Made by a program: the position numbers and the translations under genes
Notes under the pieces: generated by a model
The model's input: only the letters and a program-made list of their open reading frames with translations
Databases searched by the model: none
What the model was told of the DNA's origin: nothing
Part shown: positions 9,376-18,399 of the stretch, piece by piece
How positions within the stretch are numbered: the first letter of the stretch is position 1
Layout of the letters: the number at the start of each line of letters is the position of its first letter
NCBI GenBank assembly: GCA_050294405.1
Contig: JBNKOC010000012.1
Location: 320,001 to 384,000, forward strand
Reading direction: 5' to 3'
From: Fibrobacteria bacterium
GTDB taxonomy: Bacteria; Fibrobacterota; Fibrobacteria; UBA11236; JADFYW01
Length of the DNA: 64,000 bases

Positions 9376-11268
9376 TTATGCCGAAGCTTTGAGGGAAGGT
9401 TTTTTGTTGATGAAAAAGAGGCAAATTGCCAGGAACACAAGTTCCGATGCAATGTATATGAAAAATTTCATAAATACACCTGCTGAAAATCCATAAGAGT
9501 GCAGCCCGACTCCCAGCAGGTTTACGCCAAACCAGGCGAACATCACAATGATAATCCCTAAAACCGAACCCACGGCAAATCCCAGTTCCCGTATAATTCC
9601 TCCCAGACGGGAATGAAATAAAATACTGCACCAAAGCACAATAAGCAAGGCGCCATTTTCTTTTGGATCCCAGCCCCAAAAACGTCCCCAGGACTGGTCA
9701 GCCCAAATCCCGCCCAAAACCGTTCCGATAAAAGAAAAGATCAAGCCAAAGGCCATAATGCCATAAACGGCCTTAATGGTTTCTTTAAGCCGTTGGTTGT
9801 CCGCATTAAAAGCCTTTTGGATAAGATATATATGCCCGGCAATACCCGCAGCTACACAGCCCGCATAACCCATGGTGATGGTTACCACGTGGGTTGCCAG
9901 CCAAAAGTTGGAGTCCAAAACGGCTACTAACATTCCCATTGTGTCGCCATCCAAAGCGTATTTGGCGGCTATCATTAACATGGAAATTCCCGAAAAGGCA
10001 GCTGTTACCAAACCAACCCCTCGCTTTTGGAAAAATTCAACAAAGACACTTACCACTACAGCAATCCAGCTCACAAAAATAAAGGTCTCGTACAAATTGG
10101 TCACCGGAGGGCGGTTCATTATATACATCCGGGTCAAAATACCAATAGTATGAGGCACAAGAGCCAGAATCAAACTTACCCAGGCAATGGGATAAAATAA
10201 TTTTCTCATAAACACCATGGACAATAGCACGGTGAGAAGACTGAGCACGTAGAAAACTTTAGAAAGCAAAAAGAAATTTATTTTGTTATAGAAGACTTCT
10301 AAACCAGAGTGCCCAATATCAATTTGCCCAGAAACTCTGGCCGCTGAAAGTTCTCTAAAACTAGCTGCTGCTTTTGTGAAATTTTCACTGTTGTTATTTA
10401 AGTATCCCTGAGCCAGGGCATGAAGCTGGTCCAGCTCATCTGTAAGGCCTTTAATAATGCCAACATTGGTTAAAACATCCCAGGGACTAAACCAGACTTC
10501 TTCCTCTTTGTTCATAAAAGGAATCATGGTTATAGGCATATTCCTGTAAAATTTGGACCATTGGAACAGCTCCTGAGAAAGGCGCAACACTTCGGAATCC
10601 ACATCGCTGGCATTGTTGTTGTTGTTTTGCATAGCGGTTAAAAATTTATGGAGATCGCTGGATTTGCTGAAGATAGTGTAATAGCTATGTTTTACCGGAG
10701 AAGGCTCCAATCCCAGGTAATTAGCAAGTTCCTTATTGTAAATAACAAAGGAACTATGGGGCAGGGCGAACTGATAACTAGCTGCTAAATTCACGTAGCG
10801 GTTGATGTTGTGATACAGACGCAATAATCCATTTTCCACAATGCTGCGTTGCTTTTCATCAATTTCCGAAGCTTTAACAGCAAGCTCTCGTAGTTTTCCC
10901 AATCCTGCTTCTAATTGGGAATAGCTAAAGCGCCTGGATGTTTCTAAATCTAATCCCAGCGCCTGAATCACTTCCATGGAGTTCACCATAAATACTTTGT
11001 CATCCTGGGTGGATTCGGGATCGAATAACAGTTTAGCCAACCACTCTATGGCAGGCATTTTTTCGTAGCGGCTTTTTCCCGAAAACTGCAGGAGCAAGGC
11101 TCTGGCATAGGTGTCCAGAGGTTTTTTCCGTCCTTCATCCAACACAGGAATCTTGGACATTTCCGAAAAATCCAGTTCATTGGCTTTTACATTTTGAAAA
11201 CCAAGTACAAAGAGTATTAGCAGACTCAAGTTTAAAATTTTTGTCAGAGCTGATTTCTTACTAGGCAT
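9376..11268 (-). CDS. ccsA: System II cytochrome c biogenesis heme lyase CcsA/ResC (long form with N-terminal periplasmic domain)
   Basis: PPVTNLYE, WLATHV, GGIWADQSWGRFWGWDPKENG (WWD motif), GLHSYG, multiple TM helices. N-terminal GRKKPLDTYAR. Confidence 0.93.
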   Translation of the reverse strand: MPSKKSALTKILNLSLLILFVLGFQNVKANELDFSEMSKIPVLDEGRKKPLDTYARALLLQFSGKSRYEKMPAIEWLAKLLFDPESTQDDKVFMVNSMEVIQALGLDLETSRRFSYSQLEAGLGKLRELAVKASEIDEKQRSIVENGLLRLYHNINRYVNLAASYQFALPHSSFVIYNKELANYLGLEPSPVKHSYYTIFSKSSDLHKFLTAMQNNNNNASDVDSEVLRLSQELFQWSKFYRNMPITMIPFMNKEEEVWFSPWDVLTNVGIIKGLTDELDQLHALAQGYLNNNSENFTKAAASFRELSAARVSGQIDIGHSGLEVFYNKINFFLLSKVFYVLSLLTVLLSMVFMRKLFYPIAWVSLILALVPHTIGILTRMYIMNRPPVTNLYETFIFVSWIAVVVSVFVEFFQKRGVGLVTAAFSGISMLMIAAKYALDGDTMGMLVAVLDSNFWLATHVVTITMGYAGCVAAGIAGHIYLIQKAFNADNQRLKETIKAVYGIMAFGLIFSFIGTVLGGIWADQSWGRFWGWDPKENGALLIVLWCSILFHSRLGGIIRELGFAVGSVLGIIIVMFAWFGVNLLGVGLHSYGFSAGVFMKFFIYIASELVFLAICLFFINKKPSLKASA

Positions 11269-12424
11269 TTTTTTTGGCTCCTCTTTGTTTTTTACTGAAT
11301 CTTCCCAACATCAGGATAAAATAAAATAGCAATCCCAATCCGATAACAATACTACCCACATAGGGAAGCACCCTTCCCGGGTTTTCTACCACGGCAAAGG
11401 TGGAGGTTTCACCCATTCTGGATTGAGAAAAGGAAGATTGATAAAAGGTAAAATTATCCACCCGCAGGGGTTGGTTCATGGATATGACCACTTCGCGTTC
11501 AAAATCGTTGGTTTTTATTATTACACGGCTGGAATAGCTTTTTGCCATGGATGTACCCACATAATCTTCTTTCTTGAAGTCCAACAATTTTACCAGAATG
11601 GGCAATTTATAGTGTACCCGCCGGAGTTTGCAAAATATGCGTTTGTCCCCAACAATAACAGAGGTTGGGCTTGCTTCCGCACCAAATTGCAAAACCTTTT
11701 GAGCAGCCCCAGCGCCATTTTCAATGGGTTGGATGGAAAAGGTCATGCCGGGAAAATTTTTAGCGGGATCGCTATTGGGTTTGTCTTCCTTTAGATTTAC
11801 GATACCAGAGGCATTTAAATATTCCTTGGAGGGTTGGAAATTTTCACCCCTAAAGGCGCGGCAATGAAGGTAAAACTGGATGAAGTTTATTTGAACTCCA
11901 AAATTGGGGTAGAGGAGAGGAACATTAGGATCAATGCCATTTACATTAATGGCCTCAACCTGTCGTACAATGGAGTCTCCCACATTGGTTTGGGTCCATA
12001 GGGCTAATTCCCATTCGTGGTAATCTTCTGCCACATCAAGGGCCTGTCCCTCTTCCAGGGTTAAGTTGGACTCCTGGGCCATATGCAGAGTGACCCCGCC
12101 ACTTACAATTAAAACAATAATCCCTAAATGCACCAGCCAGAGTCCCAGTTTGCGCAGGTTATATTGGAGTCGGAAAAAGGTGACCGACAGTACATTAACT
12201 AAAGCTACCCATAAAACAAGCCGGCCTCCGGGGAAAGGAATGAAGCCCAGGGCGGTAAAATACCAGCTGTTAAACATGCGGTGCTGGGTCACGTACAAGC
12301 CGTGTTGTACCTGGTGCAAAGTCCCCCAAAAAGTAAGAACCATCAGCAAAAACAGACAGCTGACTGTAAGCCAATAGGAACAAAGGAAGTTAATAATAGG
12401 GTGCCGAGCAAATTTTCTTACCAT
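11261..12424 (-). CDS. resB: cytochrome c biogenesis protein ResB/CcsB-like
   Basis: Three N-terminal TMs with LVHLG, ISMNQPL..FTFYQSSF, C-terminal TM (NPGRVLPY). Overlaps the ccsA start. Confidence 0.82.
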   Translation of the reverse strand: MVRKFARHPIINFLCSYWLTVSCLFLLMVLTFWGTLHQVQHGLYVTQHRMFNSWYFTALGFIPFPGGRLVLWVALVNVLSVTFFRLQYNLRKLGLWLVHLGIIVLIVSGGVTLHMAQESNLTLEEGQALDVAEDYHEWELALWTQTNVGDSIVRQVEAINVNGIDPNVPLLYPNFGVQINFIQFYLHCRAFRGENFQPSKEYLNASGIVNLKEDKPNSDPAKNFPGMTFSIQPIENGAGAAQKVLQFGAEASPTSVIVGDKRIFCKLRRVHYKLPILVKLLDFKKEDYVGTSMAKSYSSRVIIKTNDFEREVVISMNQPLRVDNFTFYQSSFSQSRMGETSTFAVVENPGRVLPYVGSIVIGLGLLFYFILMLGRFSKKQRGAKKNA

Positions 12425-12425
12425 G

Positions 12426-13052
12426 TTATTCGCCTTTAAACTCGAGGGATTTAGTTAACTCTATGAGATTCGCTTTATTTTTAACTAACAAACTTTTATT
12501 GCCGGTTACCTTAACAAAAACAGTTTTGGTTTCGGATTGCAAAATAGCCGCAACAGTGGATTTGCTATCAATGAGGCTTCCGGATAGCAAAGTTGTAAAG
12601 TCTACGATAAGGGCCTCGTATCCGCTTTTGGTGGGCACCTTTTGAGAGTTGTTAATAAAGTTTTCCATTTCATCGGAAGGAGGGATAACGAGGTTTAACT
12701 GCCCCATCCAGCGCTCAATATTAGCCCGGACACCGCCTGCGTGGCCATCTAACATTACAATGGTGCACTCGGCGTTTTTATTTCCCTGGTTAAAGAAAAA
12801 GGTGGCCAGTCGCATTCCCGATCCTTTTTCTTCAACCCAACCTTCGGGAGTTATCCAGCTAAGGCCTGAATTGGGCTCGCTTTTAATGTCCATCATGGTA
12901 GCATGGGGAGAATTGCTGTCTGCTAACATTGGATCGGGTTTTGGAATTTCAATTTCTGTGTAAGTTCTGTGAGTGGAGTCTTTTTTACAATGGAACACAC
13001 TAAGCGAAAGCAAAATTAAAATGCCAAGTTTGAGGAGTCTTTTTTGATTCAT
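12426..13052 (-). CDS. hypothetical lipoprotein, first gene of the ccs operon
   Basis: Basic N-terminus, hydrophobic stretch and Cys (LSVFHC). WITPEGW..SGMRLATF, ANIERWMGQL. Stop is 1 bp before resB. Confidence 0.7.
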   Translation of the reverse strand: MNQKRLLKLGILILLSLSVFHCKKDSTHRTYTEIEIPKPDPMLADSNSPHATMMDIKSEPNSGLSWITPEGWVEEKGSGMRLATFFFNQGNKNAECTIVMLDGHAGGVRANIERWMGQLNLVIPPSDEMENFINNSQKVPTKSGYEALIVDFTTLLSGSLIDSKSTVAAILQSETKTVFVKVTGNKSLLVKNKANLIELTKSLEFKGE

Positions 13053-13293
13053 TATTTGTTTACCTTAAAGGTTCTTTTTACTGCTATTAAAATATTAAAT
13101 CTTGCCATTTTATGAAAACATCCACCACCTGTCGATTTAATACAATGTTCAAGTCCGGGAAGTCCTTTTTAATCGGGCCATACCTTTTCTGTATCCAAAT
13201 ATTAAGCCAAAAAAAAAACGGACCTTTATTTCATTATTAAGCTTAAAAGGCAGCGTGATTGGCAGGTTTTTGAAGAAAAAATCGAGTGATCGT

Positions 13294-13326
13294 TGTCAAA
13301 ATGACCCTACCAATGTCATATTGACA
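13294..13326. promoter_or_regulatory. tandem TGTCA-N3-TGACA palindromes upstream of the ccs operon
   Basis: TGTCAAAATGACC (13294-13306) and TGTCATATTGACA (13314-13326), 20 bp apart. The motif recurs before other respiratory genes. Confidence 0.6.
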
Positions 13327-13437
13327 ATAAGCTAACTTTCCCTTGAATAAAAATCAAGGCATTCCGGCAATAAATCGGAAATAAAAAGCGGGTTTCTGTG
13401 CGCTGGGTTGTTTAGAAGAGGGGTGAAACAGTGCGGT

Positions 13438-14325
13438 TTACTGTTCCTCATCCAGAGTATCTACTGAAGTAGTATCCATGGCCTGAATAAGTTCCCATAA
13501 ACTGGGCTTTTTCTTTTCTTCCACATAGCCATTTACATGGTAATAAAAGTTAGTGACTTCGGTACCGTCATAGGTGGTTACGTCATGGCAGTTTCCGCAG
13601 CGAATTCTATTGCGGTGGTTGGATTGGTCATGGCAGCTCATACAATCCATTTCATCATCCAGGCTCACATGGGGGTTCCATTCCACATCATCTAATCCTT
13701 CTCTATCTGTGCCATGACAGGGAATGTTGGAACAGGTTTGCCCTTCAAATTTCATATCTGGAATGTATCTGTAGACAATAGTTGAATCCAGTGTCGAATC
13801 GTATTGGTAAACAGAATCAAAGCGAAAGACCGAATCAAAAAAGAGAGTGTCGAAAATCACGCTGACCTTTCCGTTTTGATGGAATTTTTCGCTCACCTTT
13901 GAGCCATCGGATGTATATCCCATATGGCAAACATTACAGGCGTACATGGCTGGTCTGGTGGTATCCGCTAGTAAGACAGGATCTATTGCAGAATCCTCTG
14001 GTAGGCTGTCTAAACTGGCTAAAATAGAGTCGAGATTGAAATCTGGATTTTCGCCGGCTGAGTCAGCTAACTTAAAAAACGGGTTTATTTTTTTGGTTTG
14101 AAAATTGACGTGAGTATCGTGAATTCTTGAATTTTGCAAATCAGCCCTATGGCATAACATACAACTTTCATCGTTGGGGCTTGTGCTTTTATCGGGATGG
14201 CTGCATCCTACCCACAACATGTTAAATAAGGCAAGTAAACAAAAAAAATTTAAAACACCCTTAAAACAAAAATGAAGGCCCCCGTTCGGGGCGCCTTCAA
14301 GTTTATCAAGGTTAAGCTGGAGCAA
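13438..14325 (-). CDS. multiheme cytochrome c lipoprotein (4 CxxCH + 1 CxxxxCH), start uncertain
   Basis: CMLCH, CNVCH, CSNIPCH, CMSCH, CGNCH. Lipobox-like LWVGC. H.NG motifs. Confidence 0.85.
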   Translation of the reverse strand: MLQLNLDKLEGAPNGGLHFCFKGVLNFFCLLALFNMLWVGCSHPDKSTSPNDESCMLCHRADLQNSRIHDTHVNFQTKKINPFFKLADSAGENPDFNLDSILASLDSLPEDSAIDPVLLADTTRPAMYACNVCHMGYTSDGSKVSEKFHQNGKVSVIFDTLFFDSVFRFDSVYQYDSTLDSTIVYRYIPDMKFEGQTCSNIPCHGTDREGLDDVEWNPHVSLDDEMDCMSCHDQSNHRNRIRCGNCHDVTTYDGTEVTNFYYHVNGYVEEKKKPSLWELIQAMDTTSVDTLDEEQ

Positions 14326-14330
14326 TTTGA

Positions 14331-15437
14331 TTATTCTAGTTCGGCTTCAACAGCCTCAATGGAGTTCTGTAACATAGCTCTGGCATAAGGGAAGTTATGG
14401 TTACCCATACTCTTGTCCTCTTCCACAGTGCGCAAGTTCCAAAGTGCACCGGCTACATTAGCAGGATATGTTCCTGTTACAGTGGCTCCAGTGGAATCCA
14501 GGGCACCAGCTGTCTGTAGGCGAACTGTCAATGTATCCATCAACTCCTGAAGAGTGGTGGCGACATCGTCGTAGTTGAAGTCGGTTACGGCATCTTCGTG
14601 GCAGGCTACGCATCCTGTTGTCAAAGATCTTGTGGATCCATGATATTCGTATTCCAGATAGAAGTTATGGCCGCCGGCAGCTGCGCCATAAGCCTGGCCC
14701 ATGTGGCACTCAGTACATCCGTCTTCCACTTCGGTGGCATGATCGGAGTTTTCGTATTCAAGAGAGCCGGGGATTTCCACTGCGCCCATACCTTTTAACA
14801 TGGTGGATTGAGGGCCGTGGTGAGGTCCGAAGCGGGAAGATGTGATTTCGAAGTCATCTCCACCGGGAACAGGAAGATCATCCGCAGAGCCTCTGGGTTG
14901 GTGGCAGGTAGCGCATACATTGCCTTTGCCAAAACTCACTTCCTCACCGTTGAAGTGAATCATAATATTTTCATCGGCTGGAACCCTGAGAGCAAAATCT
15001 GTAGAGTCGTAATTGGTATGGATAAAGTGACAGGTTTTGCAATTTTGAGGCGTAGGATCAAGTACATCCTCTTCAACTGCAGCTTCACCAGTTTCAATAC
15101 GAATACGAAAGCCTTCACTGGTATGGCAGCCAGCGCAGGAAGCGGTACTTCTTTCAAAGTCCCCTAGAGTAGCATGGCCTGAATTGCCATATTGAAGTTG
15201 TTTGGCTGTCATGTCTTCAGAACCATCGTGACAGGTTTTACATTCCCCAATACTTGCAAGCAATGTGGAATCAATTTCCATGCTGGTGCCGTCAACACCG
15301 TCAACACCGTCAACGCCATCCTCACCGTCTTTTCCGTCTTTACCCGGAGGGCCTTCTAAACAGCCCGCTAAAATAAACAACCCAGCAAATATAAAGCTGA
15401 GTATAAATAACCTCTTTTTTGTTTTTTGTTTTTTCAT
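14331..15437 (-). CDS. hexaheme cytochrome c lipoprotein with collagen-like linker
   Basis: LAGC lipobox, G-X-Y repeats, CKTCH/CAGCH/CKTCH/CATCH/CTECH/CVACH, C-terminal helical region with DKSMGNHNFPY. Start placed at ATG 15437 (GGAGG RBS). Confidence 0.9.
   Translation of the reverse strand: MKKQKTKKRLFILSFIFAGLFILAGCLEGPPGKDGKDGEDGVDGVDGVDGTSMEIDSTLLASIGECKTCHDGSEDMTAKQLQYGNSGHATLGDFERSTASCAGCHTSEGFRIRIETGEAAVEEDVLDPTPQNCKTCHFIHTNYDSTDFALRVPADENIMIHFNGEEVSFGKGNVCATCHQPRGSADDLPVPGGDDFEITSSRFGPHHGPQSTMLKGMGAVEIPGSLEYENSDHATEVEDGCTECHMGQAYGAAAGGHNFYLEYEYHGSTRSLTTGCVACHEDAVTDFNYDDVATTLQELMDTLTVRLQTAGALDSTGATVTGTYPANVAGALWNLRTVEEDKSMGNHNFPYARAMLQNSIEAVEAELE
15289..15353 (-). repeat. 9-bp tandem repeats encoding collagen-like G-X-Y stretch
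   Basis: CCGTCAACA x2 plus CCGTCAACG and degenerate units, encoding GPPGKDGKDGEDGVDGVDGVDG. Confidence 0.85.
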
Positions 15438-15481
15438 TATGCCCTCCAGCAACTTTAAATGATGATCTACCCTAGCACAAC

Positions 15482-15497
15482 TGCAAATCCTGTGCCC
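15482..15497 (-). promoter_or_regulatory. sigma54 -24/-12 promoter
   Basis: Minus strand GGGCACAGGATTTGCA is GG-N10-GC, 45 bp upstream of the hexaheme lipoprotein start. Confidence 0.75.
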
Positions 15498-15789
15498 GCA
15501 ATTTCACCTTGTTTTGATGTTTACTGCTACTCATTGATTTGCTCATAATGCTGTTTTTAATGAAAATTCAGTTATCAATTACCTATCCCTAATGTACGAC
15601 AGGGAACTAAAGAATTCGACCATTTTGCTTTGCCAAAATGTCTAAGGCCAATTTGCCTCTTCAGATTTTTGACAGGAGTATTTGTCATATTTTCCAGTAA
15701 ATTTCTGGTTTTTAGAGTTCAAAAAATAAAACTTTTCAGTTGTAGATGATGGAAAAAATATTCAGGTATTTTACTTTTCTTTAATGTAA

Positions 15790-18399
15790 TTAACGAATCC
15801 CCTTTTTCTCATGGCAATCCCCGCAGAATTGTTTTATGGGGGCGTGACAAGCTGTACAATCTTTTTTCAGGAACTTCACATCAATACCATGGGTGTATTT
15901 GTAATTGGGTTCATGGGAAAATTCACTGTTCATACCTGTGTGGCAATTTAAGCAGTCATTTTTCTCCTCATGACAGGTTTTGCAATCCTGTTCCCGAATT
16001 CTGGCTTGTATCCCATGGCCTTCGGCCTTAGTCCAATTGACCTGTTTGTGATCGAAAGGTATGGGAACTTGTTCGTGACAGGCCATACAGTTGTTCATGT
16101 TTCTTTTAGCTTTGGCCTCTTCACCTAATTCTGATTGGGGTTTGTAGGGCATTCCCTTGGCGGGAAAAGGCAATCTATCACGGTTGTGAAAATACAATAG
16201 CCTCCAAAGCCCTTCCGCACCATGGCAACTGGAACATAATTCTTCTTTCACCTGAGGCAACAAGAATTTAGCCAGGGTAGTAGCTGTTTTGGTTTCCTTC
16301 GAATCGGTTTTTAATGGGCCACCGTGGGGATCATGGCAATTGTTACAGCTAATCTTAATTAGGCTGCTATCATTTCCATGGTCATCAAAAATAGGCAATA
16401 GCCTGGTGGTCTCAGTATCCTTTTTGTTAAAGGAGGCCAAATCGGGATGGTCCTTATCTTTAACAACCATAGCCTTCGCAATTCCACCTTTTTGATGGCA
16501 GCTTTCACATAAGGCCTCAGTTTTATTTGTATTCAAAAGGGTGTCAAAGGCCCAAAGCCCCCGTCCTTTATCGGTTTCATGGATAAGGTGGCAACTGCGG
16601 CATAGGCCTGCCTCAGTTGGAGTTTCCCCAAGTTGGTTTTTAAAATCTGGAGCCGACTTAGACAAGTCGTGGTGGCTGTCTTTTATCAAGGCCCCATTTT
16701 TGTGGCAATCTGTGCACATTCCCGTTTGAGAAATAGCTGTGCGCATCAAGTGCTTTTCTTCTTTGGGTTGATGTATATCATGACAACTGCTGCAAATAAT
16801 GGAAGCTTTGTTGTTACCCTTTGTTTTTTTACCCAAAGGATGGGAAATGCTTGTATCCATCATTTGTTCAGTATGAGCTGTTTTGACAAATTGTCCAAAC
16901 CCTTCTTCCTTATGGCATCCGGTACAGGTTACTTTATCGGAGTTTGTCAATTTGGCAAAAGGCACGTTTCCTGAGTCGGGATGTGGTTTGTGTGCTGAGT
17001 GGCAATTGGAGCATAAATCTTTACTCACAAAATCCAGCTTTTCTGCCCATTCTTTGCCTAAGGGGTCATGGACCCCTCCTGCCATCTTTTTATCCTCGTG
17101 GCACTCTGTACAAAGCTTTGTTTTGGGTAGGCGCAACATTGAGGGCAGTTTGTCTTTGGCGTGGGGATCGTGACATGTCTGGCAATTTATTTTTCGCTTG
17201 TCCCCATCTACTTGTAGGGGAAGTGAGGTTTTAAGACCCTTTGGCACAGCCACGTCCACAGGATGCATTTCAACATAGGGTTTCTTTTCCCATGCCATAC
17301 CACCTTCCTGATGGCATTCTACGCATAGGGGCTGGTGCTGGCTTTTTAAAGTGGTTTGCTTTTTGGCCCAACCATGTGATTTGTGGCAGGAACCGCATAC
17401 CCCAGATTCGGCTACTGTTTGGCTATCAATGTTAAAGGCTTTGGGAGCGCTTTTGTTCATATCATGAGTGGTTCCAACAACTGATCTTTGACTTTCGTGA
17501 CAATCTATACATAAGGAACCCTTATTATTTTCCTTCACCAAAAGGTTTTCTTTTGTTTTGCTCTGGTGCATATCGTGGCAGGACAAACAGGAAAGCTCTC
17601 CCTTGGGCCCGAACTTAGCTCCTGCTTTAACCAGTGTTTCAGGTGGGACAAATTCGGGAAATTTTTGTCCAATGCGGTGCATGGCCTGGCCCGAACTTTT
17701 AGCCACTTCGGGAGATTTATTTTCATGGCAGGAGATGCAAAGCGTTTTAACGGGCATTACTAACATTTTCGGGAATTCAGCGCCGTGAGGTGCATGGCAG
17801 GTTTGGCAGTATATGGCATTCTTGTTCTTAGAAGTCATGCCGCCTGCCTCGATAATTTTTTGCGGGACTTTTTCTTTTTGAGGACCTAATGGATGGTGGT
17901 TGTTCTTTTTAAAACTGGTGTGGCAACTAAGGCAAAGGTTTGAATTTTCATTAGGTTGCCTCAGGAAAACCACTGTTTTTAAATCGGAGTCACCCTTAAT
18001 GGCATGGGCGGTGTGGCAAGTGGCGCAGTTTATTTTGCCGTTATCATCCAAGGGAAACTTATCTGTGGGTATGTTAACGGAATTCGAAGGTTTTTTACCT
18101 GTAACATGATTATCCGTAGTCCATACTTTTTCCCTTGAGTCTACGACTGAGCCATCGTGACAGGAAAGGCACATATCGGAGCTTGCCGCTTGGCGATTTG
18201 TTTTTACAAAGGGAACAATTGTGCTATCTATTTCCTTTTCAAAAGTTTTGAACCAACGAATATGGCAGACTGTACATTTGGTATCGGAACTTTTATCTTT
18301 TTGAGGCCCCGATAAAAAGGGGTTTTCCGCCGCCCAAAGAAAGGACGTGCTGACCATCAAAAAAGGCAAAATTTTAGAATAAACTTTTCTCATTTTCAT
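15790..18399 (-). CDS. 25-heme periplasmic multiheme cytochrome c (paired CxxCH repeats)
   Basis: Signal peptide. 25 CxxCH motifs counted, mostly as CxxCHxxH...LCxxCH pairs, plus a 5-heme C-terminal module. Confidence 0.95.
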   Translation of the reverse strand: MKMRKVYSKILPFLMVSTSFLWAAENPFLSGPQKDKSSDTKCTVCHIRWFKTFEKEIDSTIVPFVKTNRQAASSDMCLSCHDGSVVDSREKVWTTDNHVTGKKPSNSVNIPTDKFPLDDNGKINCATCHTAHAIKGDSDLKTVVFLRQPNENSNLCLSCHTSFKKNNHHPLGPQKEKVPQKIIEAGGMTSKNKNAIYCQTCHAPHGAEFPKMLVMPVKTLCISCHENKSPEVAKSSGQAMHRIGQKFPEFVPPETLVKAGAKFGPKGELSCLSCHDMHQSKTKENLLVKENNKGSLCIDCHESQRSVVGTTHDMNKSAPKAFNIDSQTVAESGVCGSCHKSHGWAKKQTTLKSQHQPLCVECHQEGGMAWEKKPYVEMHPVDVAVPKGLKTSLPLQVDGDKRKINCQTCHDPHAKDKLPSMLRLPKTKLCTECHEDKKMAGGVHDPLGKEWAEKLDFVSKDLCSNCHSAHKPHPDSGNVPFAKLTNSDKVTCTGCHKEEGFGQFVKTAHTEQMMDTSISHPLGKKTKGNNKASIICSSCHDIHQPKEEKHLMRTAISQTGMCTDCHKNGALIKDSHHDLSKSAPDFKNQLGETPTEAGLCRSCHLIHETDKGRGLWAFDTLLNTNKTEALCESCHQKGGIAKAMVVKDKDHPDLASFNKKDTETTRLLPIFDDHGNDSSLIKISCNNCHDPHGGPLKTDSKETKTATTLAKFLLPQVKEELCSSCHGAEGLWRLLYFHNRDRLPFPAKGMPYKPQSELGEEAKAKRNMNNCMACHEQVPIPFDHKQVNWTKAEGHGIQARIREQDCKTCHEEKNDCLNCHTGMNSEFSHEPNYKYTHGIDVKFLKKDCTACHAPIKQFCGDCHEKKGIR

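Noticed and set aside
11423..12963. Plus-strand ORFs of 60-123 aa over the ccs operon
   Set aside because: They are antisense to confident genes.
13209..13218. Poly-A tract as a phase-variation switch
   Set aside because: It is intergenic in an AT-rich genome with many similar homopolymers, and there is no supporting promoter context.
14331..15437. NrfA or HAO catalytic enzyme call
   Set aside because: No CxxCK motif, and six hemes on a lipoprotein. Only the C-terminal motif is reminiscent.
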